64,000 bases of DNA from the human T2T-CHM13v2.0 reference genome, Homo sapiens. The position numbers and the translations under genes were made by a program. Positions within the stretch are counted from its first letter, which is position 1. Each line of letters starts with the position of its first letter. Positions 1 to 13,190 of the stretch are shown piece after piece. Below the pieces are notes generated by a model. That model had not been told where the DNA came from. It did not search any database and saw only the letters and a program-made list of their open reading frames with translations. Location of the stretch: the NCBI RefSeq assembly GCF_009914755.1, contig NC_060930.1, one strand, 5' to 3'.

Positions 1-784
1 GATTTAATGTTTTATTTTTCTGGCTCATTATGGTTATGGTTATGTTCTTTGAATATTTTATTGTTATTGAGGTCACTTCAATTATGTTTAGGGGACTTTT
101 ATTTTAAGAATACATTTCCAGTTTTACAGTGAGAATTAAAACACATAACAGATTCCATATAAAATATTTAAATTCCCAGCAAAATGATTAGTGTTTGGCC
201 TTCAGTGCTTTATGAGAAGCTGTAGTACTTCAATCTATTAATATTCTGCCATATTTTCATATGGGAAATACATTCTTTTTTTAATTCTCTTTTTAGTATG
301 TGCCAAGCACATAGCACAAAAAGAGAACTAGTTTCTCTGGGGAGTAACGAAGCCAAGAACATTACTTCATCAACTTTATGATGAACTGTAGCTTTCACAT
401 TAAGAGGCAAATTCTTCATTTCAAAACATTAACCCACAAAGTATTTAATAATTGAAGTCTGTGTGATTTAGAGTTAAGAAATGAATTAAGTACAAAAATA
501 GATTTTTTCCTCACTTTCCTTTGATTGTGCCCTGGATTGATTGTTATTCATTTTAGAATCTTGCCTTTTAGGACTTTTTTCCAATAGAGTTTGAGAATTT
601 CCAATAATAGCTGACTTCAATAGCATTTCCGTCTTGTGGAAATTATTTGTCAATTAAAATGCTCTTCATGAAATTGAAATTTATTTGCACTCTATGTCTA
701 CTGGAAGATTTGAGGAACTATTCTATTATTCTGTAATGAAGGCGCTTAAATAAATGTTAAGAAATCTATTAAAAACTTAATATA

Positions 785-919
785 GCCTGGTGCGGTGGCT
801 TACGCCTATAATCCTAGCACTTTGGGAGGCCGAGGCGGGCACATCACCTGAGCAGAGATGGCACCACTGCACTCCAGCCTGGGCAACAGAGTGAGATTCC
901 ATCTCAAAAAAAAAAAAAA
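785..919 (+). mobile_element. Alu with internal deletion (left-arm 5' part fused to right-arm 3' part)
   Basis: GCCTGGTGCGGTGGCTTACGCCTATAATCC...CACCTGAG joins directly to CAGAGATGGCACCACTGCACTCCAGCCTGGGCAACAGAGTGAGA and a poly-A tail; CTTAATATA on both sides (TSD). Confidence 0.92.
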
Positions 920-1364
920 CCCTTAATATATTCCCATGGTGGAGCCTAGATTTGAACTCAGGGAGTCAAGCTCTATAATTAATGCTCCTAAATATTGTGT
1001 AGGAAACTCTCTTATTAGAGTAAGGCAGGAGAGATTGAATAAATCACAAATATACTGGAAATGTCATAAACCTATGATCTTTACTTTTTTGGAAAAGGTA
1101 GTTTCTCTGCTCTGTCTTCATGATTAAAAACTTCTCATTTCTCACTACTTTGCCAGCATCTAGTTCTCATGTGGAATAAGCTATTGTGTTGTCTTTATTA
1201 TCCAATTTTGTTTTCTTACATTCTTTTACCCTCAAAAGGATTCTTGGTAGACATCTGATTTTATTCTTAGGTCCAGGTAACAATCAGGATGAGTATGAGA
1301 CAGCTAGTAAAAGAAAGCAAGAGTGTTTCCACTGTAGACAGAAAAAAAAAATACTTTTTTTTTC

Positions 1365-4050
1365 CATGATGGTGGACTGAAGACATTGTTAGCATGTCTC
1401 TCCCACTTGGAAAGGCAAAATAGTGTGTAAAGATTCATGCTGTGAAAGAAACCACAGGCCTTTGGAAAGAACCAGTGGGCAACGGCCTAAACCACGAGCC
1501 AGAGGAAAACTGTGTGCCTCCATAGCATGTGAGAGAGAGAAACCGCTGCAGTGACCCACACTCCCAAAAGGGACTCAGGCATTTTAGGTCACAGAAGGTC
1601 TTAATCCAATATAGCAGTGGAGCTGATTTAGTGAGCAGTGGGGACTCTAAGAGAAGGAGTGGCATTGGGATAAGATTTGCATGCACTTTCAAACTCCAGT
1701 GGGACAGAGGGAAGCCATTCCAAATCCTTTCTCACAGGAGACCTCACGGAAATCTGCCAGCCAACTCATGATGTAGTCACAGGTTGAGAGAAGCATCAAC
1801 TGAGCATTGAGACAGAATCATGACTGGGGACAAAACTCATTGGCCAGGACGGAAGGACGTGCAGGAAGTGTGCTATAGCCATGGGCACAGGAGCTGAGCA
1901 CCTCTACTTCACTGGCAGATCAAGAGGGGCATGGCCTGAAACTCAAAGTTTTTGTCTCCACTGGGAAGGCTTATGGCCTGGGGCAGTTTTGAGTTCTATG
2001 CGCAGGCTCCCTGGAACCAGCTAGTTGCGGCAAAGCACTGTGGGTGTGAGACCTGCCTTGCCAAGTACTTGGGAACTGAGTGGGGCTTACTGCCACCAGC
2101 TCCATTGCTGCTCCTCATATGGGTCTTTTGTGCAGTGTAGGCAGCAGCACTCCTCCCTGGAACAGTATTCCAGTGGTCGGGGAACTGCCTTCTGATCACC
2201 ACTGGGGCCACTGCTTGAGCCTGTATATGGGGAGCCAGAGTGCAAACTTGCCGGACCCACCCGCACCCAGCTTTGTCCTTCCATCCATCCTGATAGCCTA
2301 ACGTGATGGGCAGGTACATTTGGGAACTCCGTGGCCCCCCCATTGCCTGATACACAAGAATATCTACCTTGGGTAAAATAAGGCAGGCACAAATTCCACT
2401 GTTACCAACATAGCTGGTGCTCTTTGGCAAGCTCCACTTCCTGGCTGGAGGCCAACTGGCACATCCCATTACACCATCTGAAAACAAAATGACACAGTGC
2501 TCAGGAAGGATAAAACGTTTATGTGACCTCAACTACTGCCATTGCCTGCATTACCCTAGCCAACAAGGAGGTCTTGAGTATGTCCACGTGCCCAATACTA
2601 CTAAAGCTGGCATTTGAGAAAGCCAACACAATAACGTTATTTATAACCAAGGAAAACTTACTTCTTGTCCACCCTCATCAGAGCTGGTGCTGGTACCTGC
2701 CACTGGGAGACTAGAGTACAGGTGACATCACCGGATCCCTTGCAGACATTCCCTAGGACCATCATAAGTATGGCAGCCCCACTGGGTGAACAGACCCAGA
2801 GAAGCAGCAGGATTACAGTAATCTGGCCGGCAAGGACTGCTACTTTTAGGGGAAGGGAGAGTAGACAACATTAAGGGAGACCCCGTGAGACAAAAGAAAC
2901 CAAACTGCAGGCCCTGAGTCCCTGAACTTTCCACTTATGAGAAGTTTCTTACAGCAGAGGCACAGGTGCATTGCTGGGTTCAATGGGGAAGGTCTGCCCA
3001 ACAATCAGGCAGCCCTGGTGCTCATGAAGAGTCTTGGAGAAGGGGAGTTCTCCCCCTCATCTACCACTGCAGACACAGTTGGGACTTCTCGCACAGGAGC
3101 TTGGAGTGGATAAACCTGTAGACAGCCCTCCTCGAACACTTCAGGGTGACAGCCTCCCCACAGGAGGAATGCCCTCCAGGTTCAGGCTTGCAGAAGAGGT
3201 AGCCTCACAACCCCTCACAACATGGAACACCAGCATTCCTGCAGCTGAAAAGAGGTGCCTGTCTGATCTGAATAGCTAAAACACTGAGTAAGGAGTGTGA
3301 TTGGCAGGTGGATTGTTTTCTTGCTGGTTTGGAAGGAGAGCTGTAGTGGTGCCCTCTCTTCCACCTTAGAAGACCTCAGTGCATTTCATTGAGAACTTTC
3401 CCAGGCACCTCTGCCAAGGATGGAACCTTTGCCCACCATTTGGGTACTGCATTTACTGGCCTGCTTTAGCCACAGCTAGTTTTTACCTGTGGGCACTTCC
3501 TACTGGCTTGAAGCCTGAATTGTTCAACCTAGTTGTATTAGTACATTCTCATACGGCTGTAAAAGACTGCCTGAAACTTTTACCAAGGAAAGAGATTTAA
3601 TTGACTCACAGTTCTGCAGGGCTAGGGAGGCCTCAGGAAATTTACAGTCCTGGTGAAAGGGCAAGCAAATATCTCCTTCTCCACATGATGTAAGGAAGGA
3701 GAAGTGCTGAGCAAAAGGGGGAAAAACCCTTATAAAACCAGCAGATCTCATGAGAACTCACTACCATCAGAACAGCATGCAGATAACCACCCCATGGTTC
3801 AACTACCTCCCACTAGGTTCCTCTCATGAGACGTGGGGATTATGGAAACTACAACTCAAGTTGAGATTTGGGTGAGGACACAGCCAAACCACATCACTAG
3901 TGAATAAAGTACTGGGAGAAATTTTGTTTTTTTTCAAATTGCACAATACTGAGTAATGAGATAAGCTTCATGAGACCTTTGCCATTCCAACTGCACAGGA
4001 GACAGTGAACTTGCTTTCACAACTAGTATATCACTGCTGTAACCAGCATC
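1365..4050 (+). mobile_element. Old LINE-1 5' UTR region (L1PB/L1M-type), interrupted by a THE1 LTR
   Basis: Begins ATGATGGTGGACTGAAGACATTGTTAGCATGTCTCTCCCACTTGGAAAG, resembling recalled old L1 5'-end consensus; GC-richer but CpG-depleted; resumes after the LTR at 3902. No ORF1/ORF2 follows. Confidence 0.65.
3534..3896 (-). mobile_element. THE1 (THE1C/D-like) solo LTR, MaLR
   Basis: Ends TGTATTAG...CAGCCAAACCACATCA are the reverse complement of THE1 termini; perfect 5-bp TSD CTAGT (3529-3533 / 3897-3901). Confidence 0.92.
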
Positions 4051-4496
4051 ACTTAAACTACAAACAATATTTAATAATAATGCTTAGGAATGTGTACATT
4101 GGAGTACAATAATGAAGAAAAGAGAACTTATTACCCTCAAATTTGGATAATGACCATTGAAGAAGGAATCATAGAGGCTGTAACTAGCTAAGGACACAAC
4201 AGGAGGCTCCAGGTTTTTGCAGTTTTCATTGTCATAATTTGGGTTGCTACGTGGTTGTTTGTTTTGAATAAATGGTTAATCTGCACTTTCACATTTTTTT
4301 GTACTTTCTACATGTGTTTTCTGACACAGAGGAAAAAAATGTAATTTTAATGTGCCCATTTTGATGAGCAGACAAACACAAAATTGACCAGAAAATGCGT
4401 TCATAGAGACAATGTCATACAAGGGTAAAGACTTACCTCTCACTCTAACACAAACAAAATTACAAAGAGACTTAAAGAAAAAAAAAGTTAGGATAG

Positions 4497-4881
4497 TATA
4501 TTTCTTTATCCTTACACTGCTATAAAGAAATACCTAAGACTGGGTAATTTATAAAGAAAAGAGGGTAAAGTGGCTCACAGTTATGCAGGCTGTACAGGTT
4601 GCATGGCTGGGGAGGTCTCAGGGAACTTTGAATCATGGCAGAGGTTGAAAGGGAAGCAGGCACATTTTACATGACCCAGAGCAGGAGGAGGAGAGAGAAG
4701 GGAGTGGTGCTACACACTTTTAAACAACTAGATCTCTTGATAACTCACTCACTATTATGAGACCACCACCAAAGGATCCAATCCTTTGATCCAATCACCT
4801 CCCACCTGGCCCCACCTCCAACACTAGGAATTATAATTTGACATGAGATTTGGTGGGGGGACACTGACCCATACCATATCA
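4497..4881 (-). mobile_element. MSTA-like solo LTR, MaLR
   Basis: CTGCTATAAAGAAATACCTAAGACTGGGTAATTTATAAAGAAAAGAGG...CCAATCACCTCCCACC...CCATATCA; perfect TSD GATAG (4492-4496 / 4882-4886). Confidence 0.9.
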
Positions 4882-5042
4882 GATAGTTTAACGCTATCTG
4901 AATAAAAATGTAAAAAAATTCTTACCTTTCTAAAACCACATTATACTTACTTTTGGATGAAGATTTAAAAAGCTGATTTATTCTGAAAGTTTATTCACTA
5001 AGTTGAAGCTTGTATCTATTTTGCTGCCCTGCATCCAGTTTC

Positions 5043-5505
5043 TGTATTAGTTCACTGGTGCTGTCAAGACAAAGTACCACCCGCTGTGTAGGTTAAACAA
5101 CAGAAATCTATTATTTAACAGTTCTGGTGGTTAGAAGTCTAAGATCAAGGTGTTAACAGAATTGATTTTTTTTTTTCTGAAAGCTGTGAGGAAGAACCTA
5201 TTTAATGGCTTTCTGTTACCTTCTGGTGGTTTGCTGGCAAATCTTGGTGTTCTTGGCTTGTAGAAGCATCACCCTGAAGTCTGCCTTTATTCCCGCTTGA
5301 CATTTTCTTTGTGTCTATGTCTGCCTCCAACGTTCCCTTTTTATAAGGACATTAATAAAGTTGAATTAGGGTACACCTTAATGACCTCATTTTATCTTCA
5401 TGACCTTTGTAAAGACCCTATCTGCAAATAAGGTCACATTCTGAGGCACTCTGGCTTGGAACTTTAACATAGAAATTTTGAGGAGACACGATTTAATGCG
5501 TAACA
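5043..5505 (-). mobile_element. MLT1 (MLT1C-like) LTR
   Basis: TGTATTAGTT...AAACAACAGAAAT...CAGTTCTGG...AGAAGTCTAAGATCAAGGTGT...AAATAAGGTCACATTCTGAGG, typical of reverse-strand MLT1B/C. Confidence 0.85.
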
Positions 5506-7369
5506 GCTTTTTTTCCCCCTATATTTTCATCTGTCAACCTTTTTCTCCTTTGGTTCTGATCCAAACATATTTAATGGTTTCTTTTTTATTGTTCGCTCCT
5601 GCTACCACCTGTGTACTCACTGGCCTAATGTACTTGAGTTACATTTTATGCATGTTGAATTAAAATTATCAGCAACATTTTTAATCATCACTAAATCTCT
5701 TGTTATTTACTACTATAAATCAAATGAAAATTATTAAGATATTTCTCAAATTTCCAAAAGATAGATCTGTGGTAGAAGAAAACTTCCACATAAGGACTTT
5801 ACAGTTAATTAAATCAGCTAAAGCTGGTTCCCCTAATCTTCACTATAAACTTACTCTTACTCTGCTTGTCTAGTCATTAGTGATTATATGTATGTTTTCT
5901 CCCTTAAATGTATTTCCTCATCTCAAACTCTTAGTGCTTCTGAATTTAGCTATGTATTATCTATTGTTTTTGTTTATTTTTAAATTTGCTTATTATTTAA
6001 ATAGAGGCAACAACCAAATTATTCCTTTATTTTGGGACCCATAATTTCATTAGAGCATAACATGCTAATTAACAGAGATGTATCTATGAGATCTCTTTAT
6101 ATAACACGTTTATGAAAAAGTAGGAAACGTTGTTATTTGGAGAAATGCTCATAGGACTTTGAGATGTACCTTGAAAACATTGCTACTGAGAAGTTAAGCA
6201 TAATTACAAAGATCAACTTATTGTTATCAGAAACTGTTATTAACTATTTTGACAAGTCTTTATGTCTTAATTAAACTAGTATGTTAGAAATAACAAATTC
6301 TGCCACAGAATTTTAAATTCCACACAATGTATTATTTACTTAAGGTAAACGTATGCAATACTTCTGAAGTTATATTAATATTGTAATTTAGAATCTTATT
6401 TAAATAGCTGAAACTACATTGTCTCTGGTAGTGGAAAGAATCCTGTAAGAAAGATTTACCGCTATGGGGTATCTTATTGTTCAGAAAACTTTGCAAATAG
6501 ACTTTATGAACCTAAAAATCCATAATGTATTTTGAATTCTGTAGAGAAAAGCACTGGGTCCATAGTAGAAATACAAGTGTTTTATTTTTTCAATATTTCT
6601 CAAAATATCCCCTGGGTTAGTCAATCAAAGATTTGGAGTATAGTGATTGGTAAAGAAAAAATTGAGTTACTTAACAAAATGCTGTGCCCTCTCCATGATA
6701 TTTATTACCTCTCTGATAGAATTTATTTTTCTTCATTTATATTCACACAGAATAGTATACAGTTTTATTCAGCTTATGCATTATATTATTGCATGTCCTT
6801 AAGACATGATGATACTGTAAATGAGTATTGCTATCTGGTTAAAAACTAAATTGAAACTTATTTTTATTTCCTATGTAGAAAATAATGAAATGTCCTCCTT
6901 TCTCAAATTCCCGTTGTGGTCATTATGCTTTTGAACAGTCAATAAATGACGTATATACTATTCTGTTGACTATCATCGTCTTCTTATGTTTCTTAAAAGA
7001 CTCTCAACACAGTTATATTGAAAATGTATTCTTCGTAAGAACAAATTTATTTTTATCAAATAAATACAATTTTAATAAATGTATTCTTTACCATTTATTC
7101 AAGGCCTTATTAGCATTCCTGTAAATAACAACTTTTCTATCTTTTCATAAACATGCATTATATAAATAAATAAATGTATTCTGAATAAAAATTAATCAGA
7201 ATCCTTTGTAGGGTTAGGAAAGCATCGTTGCAAGTGTTAAGTTTGTTTACCATATTTTCTGGAAGGATTCTTGTTAAACTATTATTTTGTATTAATAAAT
7301 ATAATATGAATAATCAACTCTAAAATATTTCTAATCTCATTAAAAACTTTTTAAAATTATGCTTGTAGC

Positions 7370-7672
7370 AGAGAAGCGGAGGAAATGAAGAGATGTTAGC
7401 CAGAGGGTACACACTTGCAGTTATGTAGGATGAATAAGTCTACAGATCCAATGCATAGCATGAGGATGACAGTTGATAATATTGTATACTAAAAACTTGC
7501 TAAGAGGGTAGATTTTTGATGCTCTTACCACACACAGAAACAAACACACAGAAGGGAACTATGTAAGGAGATAAATAAGTTAATATGTTTAACTGTAGTA
7601 ATCATTTTACTATGTGTGTGTATATGTGTGTGTGTACGTATATTAGAATAGCATGTTGAACACATTAAATAT
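7370..7672 (+). mobile_element. L1MA/L1MB 3' end fragment
   Basis: GGGTACACACTTGCAGTTAT...GATGAATAAGT...TTGCTAAGAGGGTAGAT...TGTAGTAATCATTT, L1M 3' UTR motifs. Confidence 0.75.
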
Positions 7673-7673
7673 A

Positions 7674-7966
7674 CAGTTGTCCCTCAGTATTCAGAGGGGA
7701 TTGGCTCTAAGACCCCCAAGATAGCAAAATCCACAGATGCTCAAGTTCCTTACATAAAATGGTGCAGTATTTGCATATAACCTATGCACATCCTGCTGTA
7801 TATTTTAAGTCACCTCTAGGTAACTTATAATACCGAATACAATGTAAATGCTATGTAAATAGTTGCACTTTAAAAATTGTATTATTTTTATTGTTGTATT
7901 GCTATTTTTTTTCCAAATAATTTTGACCTATGTTTGACTGAACACACCGCTGTGGAACCCATGCAT
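7674..7966 (+). mobile_element. MER2 (TcMar-Tigger non-autonomous DNA transposon), right end truncated
   Basis: TA target site then CAGTTGTCCCTCAGTATTC...AAAATCCACAGATGCTCAAGT...GTATTTGCATATAACCTA...AATACAATGTAAATGCTATGTAAATAGTTG. Confidence 0.88.
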
Positions 7967-10726
7967 AGGTTCTACGTTATGCTTCATAACACAAGACAGA
8001 AATCTAAACCATGATTTGATGATGATGATGGGAAGGCCTACTTGTGATGCATACTTAATTTTATTATAAGCTTCTATTAACCCTCTAGATAATATCATTA
8101 ATTAACGCAAGTAGCATAGCAGTATTCACTAACTTTATTGCACTATGATATCGTTATTAATTTGAAAATATGAACATTAAAGGATGCATACCCTTCTCTA
8201 AATACTTTTTGCTGTTTACTGGCTGTTGGATACTGAGAAACTTCTCAAATGCCTCTCAGAACTATGTGTTTCTCTGAAAATTTTGAATAACTATATTGCA
8301 ATGTTAGTATACAAAGTAAGATTATCTGTATATGTATAAATATTGCGCATATTGTATATATATACACTTAATAAAGTATGGATGGCTTATAAACATAAAA
8401 GAAGTTCATTCTTTGAATTAGTCAATTGGTTATTCATTCTTTTATGTAACAGAGAGTTGTTGAGTTTTTTATTATCAGACAATCTGCCAAGCACCAAGGA
8501 TAAAACATACAAGTCAGACATGGCTCCAGCAAATTGGCAAAGATAAAGATTACATCAGGAATGGAAGAAACAAGTGGGTGCTTAAGTTGATTTTACATTC
8601 TAAAGTGCTCACGTTATTGAAGGTTTACTGTATTCTGGGCCAAAAATTAAAAATATATAGTAAATTCATATCTGGAATTTCAAAGTAAGGCACCGTCATG
8701 TCAAATCTGTAGAGAAGAATGCAATGGGCATATAGCCCCTCTTTTAACTCCTCTTTTTGAAAATTCTATTGTCTATTTACATATCAAAAGCACTAAAAAG
8801 GCAAATAGTTCAGGTCAATTGCTGGAATATGTTGACTTTAAATCCGATTTAAGCAATTAAGTAGCAGTTATAGACATTAAATTTTAGTGAACAGGAAAGG
8901 TATACTAACTCTTTATGGCTTTAGCAAATAGTTTAATATGACCTACATTTACTGAATAGACAAGAAAGAGTATCCTCCAAAAGTGTTAGTCATTAAAATG
9001 TACATAATATACTTTATTTTAATAAATATTCACATTTGTGACTTTTTCAAGTTTTTTAATTCTCTAAATATCTTTCATCAACATGTCTTTATTGTTTGTA
9101 AGGGTTAAATATGATTTTAAAAATATTTTATAAATTCTAAATGCTAGCAATAAAAGTTATTATAATTGTTTGATGAAGTTAGCAGTTTACGTTCCGTAAA
9201 ATTATAACACGTTATCATGATACTGTGGAATTGACTTGAGAGGAAGATAAATAGGACACCTGCCCATTCCTTGGATATCCAATCCAAGCTGTGAGACTCT
9301 GGGCAATTAAATTCATATCTTAGTCATGGAGATTATGATATCTACATTGAATGTAGTTGTGTAAGACAAATGAGAATCTAACATCATGTCTGCAGTGGAG
9401 AGTTTTATAAATACATCTTATCTCTTTTTTCCCCATGTTTTATATCTACGACATTTAGGCAGAAGTGATATTTATTCAACATATTGTGTATATTCATTCA
9501 CCATATATAGCTTTGATGAGTTCTTATGACATCTTTTTTTTTCTTTTACACCTATCTAAACTAAATTCATGTTATTTTTCTTATTGTGATGTGTGCTGAT
9601 CCTTATTATAATTTCTTCCTAAAAGTATTCTTTAAGTTCTGGCTTTTCACCCTAATTATGCTTCTGGGCAATATTGTTTCAGACCTACTGAGCTCCCATT
9701 TTTGATTTTGCTTATGTTCATTAATAGAATATCACAAGCATTTCTTTGTTGTCTCAGTTATCATAAAATTAAGATGCCTACTGGAAAATACCTAGTATTG
9801 TGTCCTTTGGTTACTCTTGACAGGAACTGTCTTGTTAAGTATTGTGCTACTTTCATTTCTCTTTGTTTCACTTCTCTTCATTATACCCTTGTTTGTGAAA
9901 GCAAATCCACAGACATTTCATTGAAACAGATTTTTAAAAATTGATCTGGGAGACAATCAGAAATATTTGAAGAAAACAAAATATCACTCTCTTGCTCTAA
10001 ACTGTTCTGGTGTGCTAGATAATTATCAAACTCCTTATCAGGGCTTTCAAATGCAAACACATTTTGAAACTTCGTCTCACTGTATCTTTATGTATGTATT
10101 TGACCTAAGCCAAAGTGGTGTTTTCAGGTATCTCAAACTCAGTAAATATTTGCCCACCGCTATCTCTTTTGAAATGTTCCTCATTCAGTTAAGATTTTCT
10201 TTCTCACCCATATATAATCATCAGAACTTTATTCAGTTTGCTCTGAATAAAGCAATCTACAGTCTAGGGTACCTACATTCATAGTCAGTATATTTGGCTT
10301 GAGACCTCTAATAGATTTTAATATTCTGGAAATAATGTCACGTAATTTTGCATTGTTAAGTGCGTAAAGGGTGAAGTGCTTGTATTTGGCAGTAATGAAT
10401 AACTGTTATTTAGAATGTTTCAGTGAATATGTTGGGCTACATTTTTGGGTTAAACACAAGTTTTAAAGACAAAGCAGAGAAATTATTTTGTAAAAGGAAT
10501 GATCAATTAGACTTATATGATAAAGTATTTGAACATGAAGCAATTAAATACTTACATAAAATTTTAACTGTTCGAAGTTTTCTCTAATATGACAAGGATG
10601 CTTTCTCTTTTCCTTTGCATTGCATCAATGTAAACATTGTCAGTTCAAAATTAAAGCGTATAAAAATGGAAGTACAATTAATCTACCAACATTTCAAGTG
10701 AAATGTGTAGTTATAATCCGAAATAG

Positions 10727-12053
10727 CGTGTCCGGAATTTGTGGGTTCTTGGTCTCACTGACTTCAAACATGAAGCCGTGGACCCTCGCGGTGAGTGTTC
10801 CCGTTCTTAAAAGCGGTGTGTCCGGAGTTTCTTCCTTGTGATGTTCAGACGTGTTCGGAATTTCTTCCTTCTGGTGGGTTCGTGGTCTCGCTGGCTTCAG
10901 CAGTGAAGCCGCAGACCTTCAAGCCGGGGCACCTGGAGCTGGCGCGCCTTGGAGCTGGCGCGCCTTTGGTCGTTCCTCCCAGTGGGCTTGTGGTCTTGCT
11001 GGCCTCAGGAGTGAAACTGCAGACCTTCGCAGTGAGTGTCACAGCTCATAAAGGCAGTGCAGACCCAAAGAGTGAGCAGCAGCAAGATTTATTGCAAAAA
11101 GTAAAAAAACAAATCTTCCATAACGTGTAAGGGGACTGGAGTGGGTTGCGGCTGCTGACTCGGGCAGCCTGCTTTTATTCCCTTATCTGGCCCCACCCAC
11201 ATCCTGCTGACTGGTCCATTTTACAGAGAGCTGATTGGTCTGTTTTACAGAGAGCTGATTGGTCCATTTTGACAGGGTGCTGATTGATTGGTGCGTTTAC
11301 AATCCCTGAGCTAGACATAAAAGTTCTCCAAGTCCCCACTAGATGAGCCAGACACAGAGCAATGATTGGTGCATTTACAAACCTTGAGCTAGACACAGGG
11401 TGCTGATTGGTGTGGTTACAATCCCTTAGCTAGACAAAGTTTCTCCAAGTCCTCATTAAACTCAGGAGCCCAGCCGGCTTCACCTAGTGGATCCTGTGCT
11501 AGCGCCACAGGCGGAGCTGCCCCAGTCCGGCACCATGCGTGGGCACTCCTCAGCCCGATGGGACCGGCATTGCAGAGCAAGGGCAGACCAGGCTGCACAG
11601 GAGCCCACGGCAATGCAGGGGAGCCTTGTGCATGGCGGGCTGCAGGTCCCAATCCCTGCCCCACGGGGAGGCAGCTGAGGCCCGGCGAGAATTCAAGCGC
11701 AGCGCCAGCAGTGCCCAGCGCACTCTCCGCAGCTGCTGGCCCGGGTGCTAATCCCCTCACCGCCTGGGGCTTGCGGTGCCGGCCAGCGGCTCCGAGTGCA
11801 GGGCCCGCTGAGGCCACGTCCACCTGGAACTCACGCTGGCCCGTGAAAGCACGCAGCCCAGGTTCCGCCCACGCCTCTTCCTCTACACTTCCCAACAAGC
11901 AGAGGGAGCTTGCTCCAGCCTCAGCCAGCCTAGAGAGGGGCTCCCACAGTGCCGCGGGGGGCTGAAGGGCTCCTCAAGCGTGGCCAGAGTGGGCGCCGAG
12001 GCCGAGGAGGCGCCGAGAGTGAGCGAGGGCTGCCAGCACGCTGTCGCCTCTCA
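10727..12053 (-). mobile_element. LTR12 (ERV9/HERV9; LTR12C/D-like) solo LTR
   Basis: Minus strand begins TGAGAGGCGACAGCGTGCTGGCAGCCCTCG and ends GACCAAGAACCCACAAATTCCGGACACG; CpG-rich U3 and tandem CCAAT repeats; 4-bp TSD ATAG (10723-10726 / 12054-12057). Confidence 0.96.
11088..11410 (-). promoter_or_regulatory. LTR12 promoter/enhancer core
   Basis: Five CCAAT boxes on minus (ATTGG at 11234, 11258, 11287, 11365, 11406), GT box 11191-11200, AGATAA 11183-11188, TATA-equivalent AATAAAA 11173-11179, poly-A signal AATAAA 11088-11093. Motifs are seen; activity is not shown. Confidence 0.7.
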
Positions 12054-13126
12054 ATAGGTAACTATTGCCTAATTAAGATTAAAAATATATAAAACTCCTT
12101 TTTCAAGAAACAAAAGTCAGTGTTGACACATTTTCTCCTTAATTTGCGTATTGAGAAGCTCTATGGATGTTTGTCTTATTCTAACAATCTGATTAACACA
12201 TCTTGATATAATTTACTGTAGATGGTATAATATTCATATCCTTTTTCTCTTAATATTGCCTGTAAAATATCTATAGATTAAGCAGTCCCCAAATGGCTAC
12301 CTAAAATCTTTCATTAAGCCGAATTTTCTCATTTAAAATGGCTTATATTTGCTGTTCAGGTAATTTTAAAACAGTTGCTTAAATATGAGCTAAATTGGTT
12401 GTTTCCCCATGGCTCTTTATTAATTAAATGACATATAAAGACTGGAATTAAGCATAAAAATTAGAGTCTACCCTGCCTCTAAGAAATAGATCTTTTTCTC
12501 TCTAATGAAAATCAGTCTGGGCAAACAACTACTGAATTGTGCTAGTAATCAGCTGAATTTTTCTTTACTCTTCATAAGATTCCTAAACTCCAAGCAACTT
12601 TAGAATCTGCTACTGGAATTCTGTAGGGTGTCAAAAATGATGATAATGATTGTTATGTTAGTTGTATGAATTTCTGATTTCAAACTTTATCAAGAAAACA
12701 GTCAGATAATAGGAATAAAGTTTCAGATACGTAAACCAGAGGGCTCGATAGTGTGTTGCAAAATTACATAGTATAAAGGTGTTACATCTAGCAATAAAAT
12801 ATAAATGGTCTACTTTCAAAAATAATGTTTTAGATATCAATATATGTATTGCATAATTTATTTTTGTGAAAAAATAGTTTTATTTATACATATATAAATA
12901 TTAAATAGCTGATGTGTTTCTGTGCAGCTATTCACAGTTATAGTTTAAAAGAAATCTTAAACTAACAAACATCCTTTTTTAAATGATTAATATATCATGG
13001 GATAAATCTTATTTTAAAAAACAAAGTTATTTAAATCCATAATGTAATTTTAAGAAGAAAGTACTGTTCTTAATATTTTAATATTGAAACTTTACAGACT
13101 ACAGACAAAAATGGAGCATATAGAAA

Positions 13127-13190
13127 GATGGATAGATGGATGAATGGATGGATGGATGGTTGGATGAATGGATGGATAGATGGATGGATA
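13127..13190 (+). repeat. (TGGA)n imperfect tetranucleotide microsatellite
   Basis: GATGGATAGATGGATGAATGGATGGATGGATGG... Confidence 0.95.

Noticed and set aside
1996-2532. 178-aa minus-strand ORF
   Set aside because: It is antisense within an old L1 5' UTR, with no recognisable domain or exon structure.
10795-11965. GC-rich ORFs of 63-160 aa and an apparent CpG-island gene promoter
   Set aside because: They lie entirely within LTR12; open frames are expected from high GC content.
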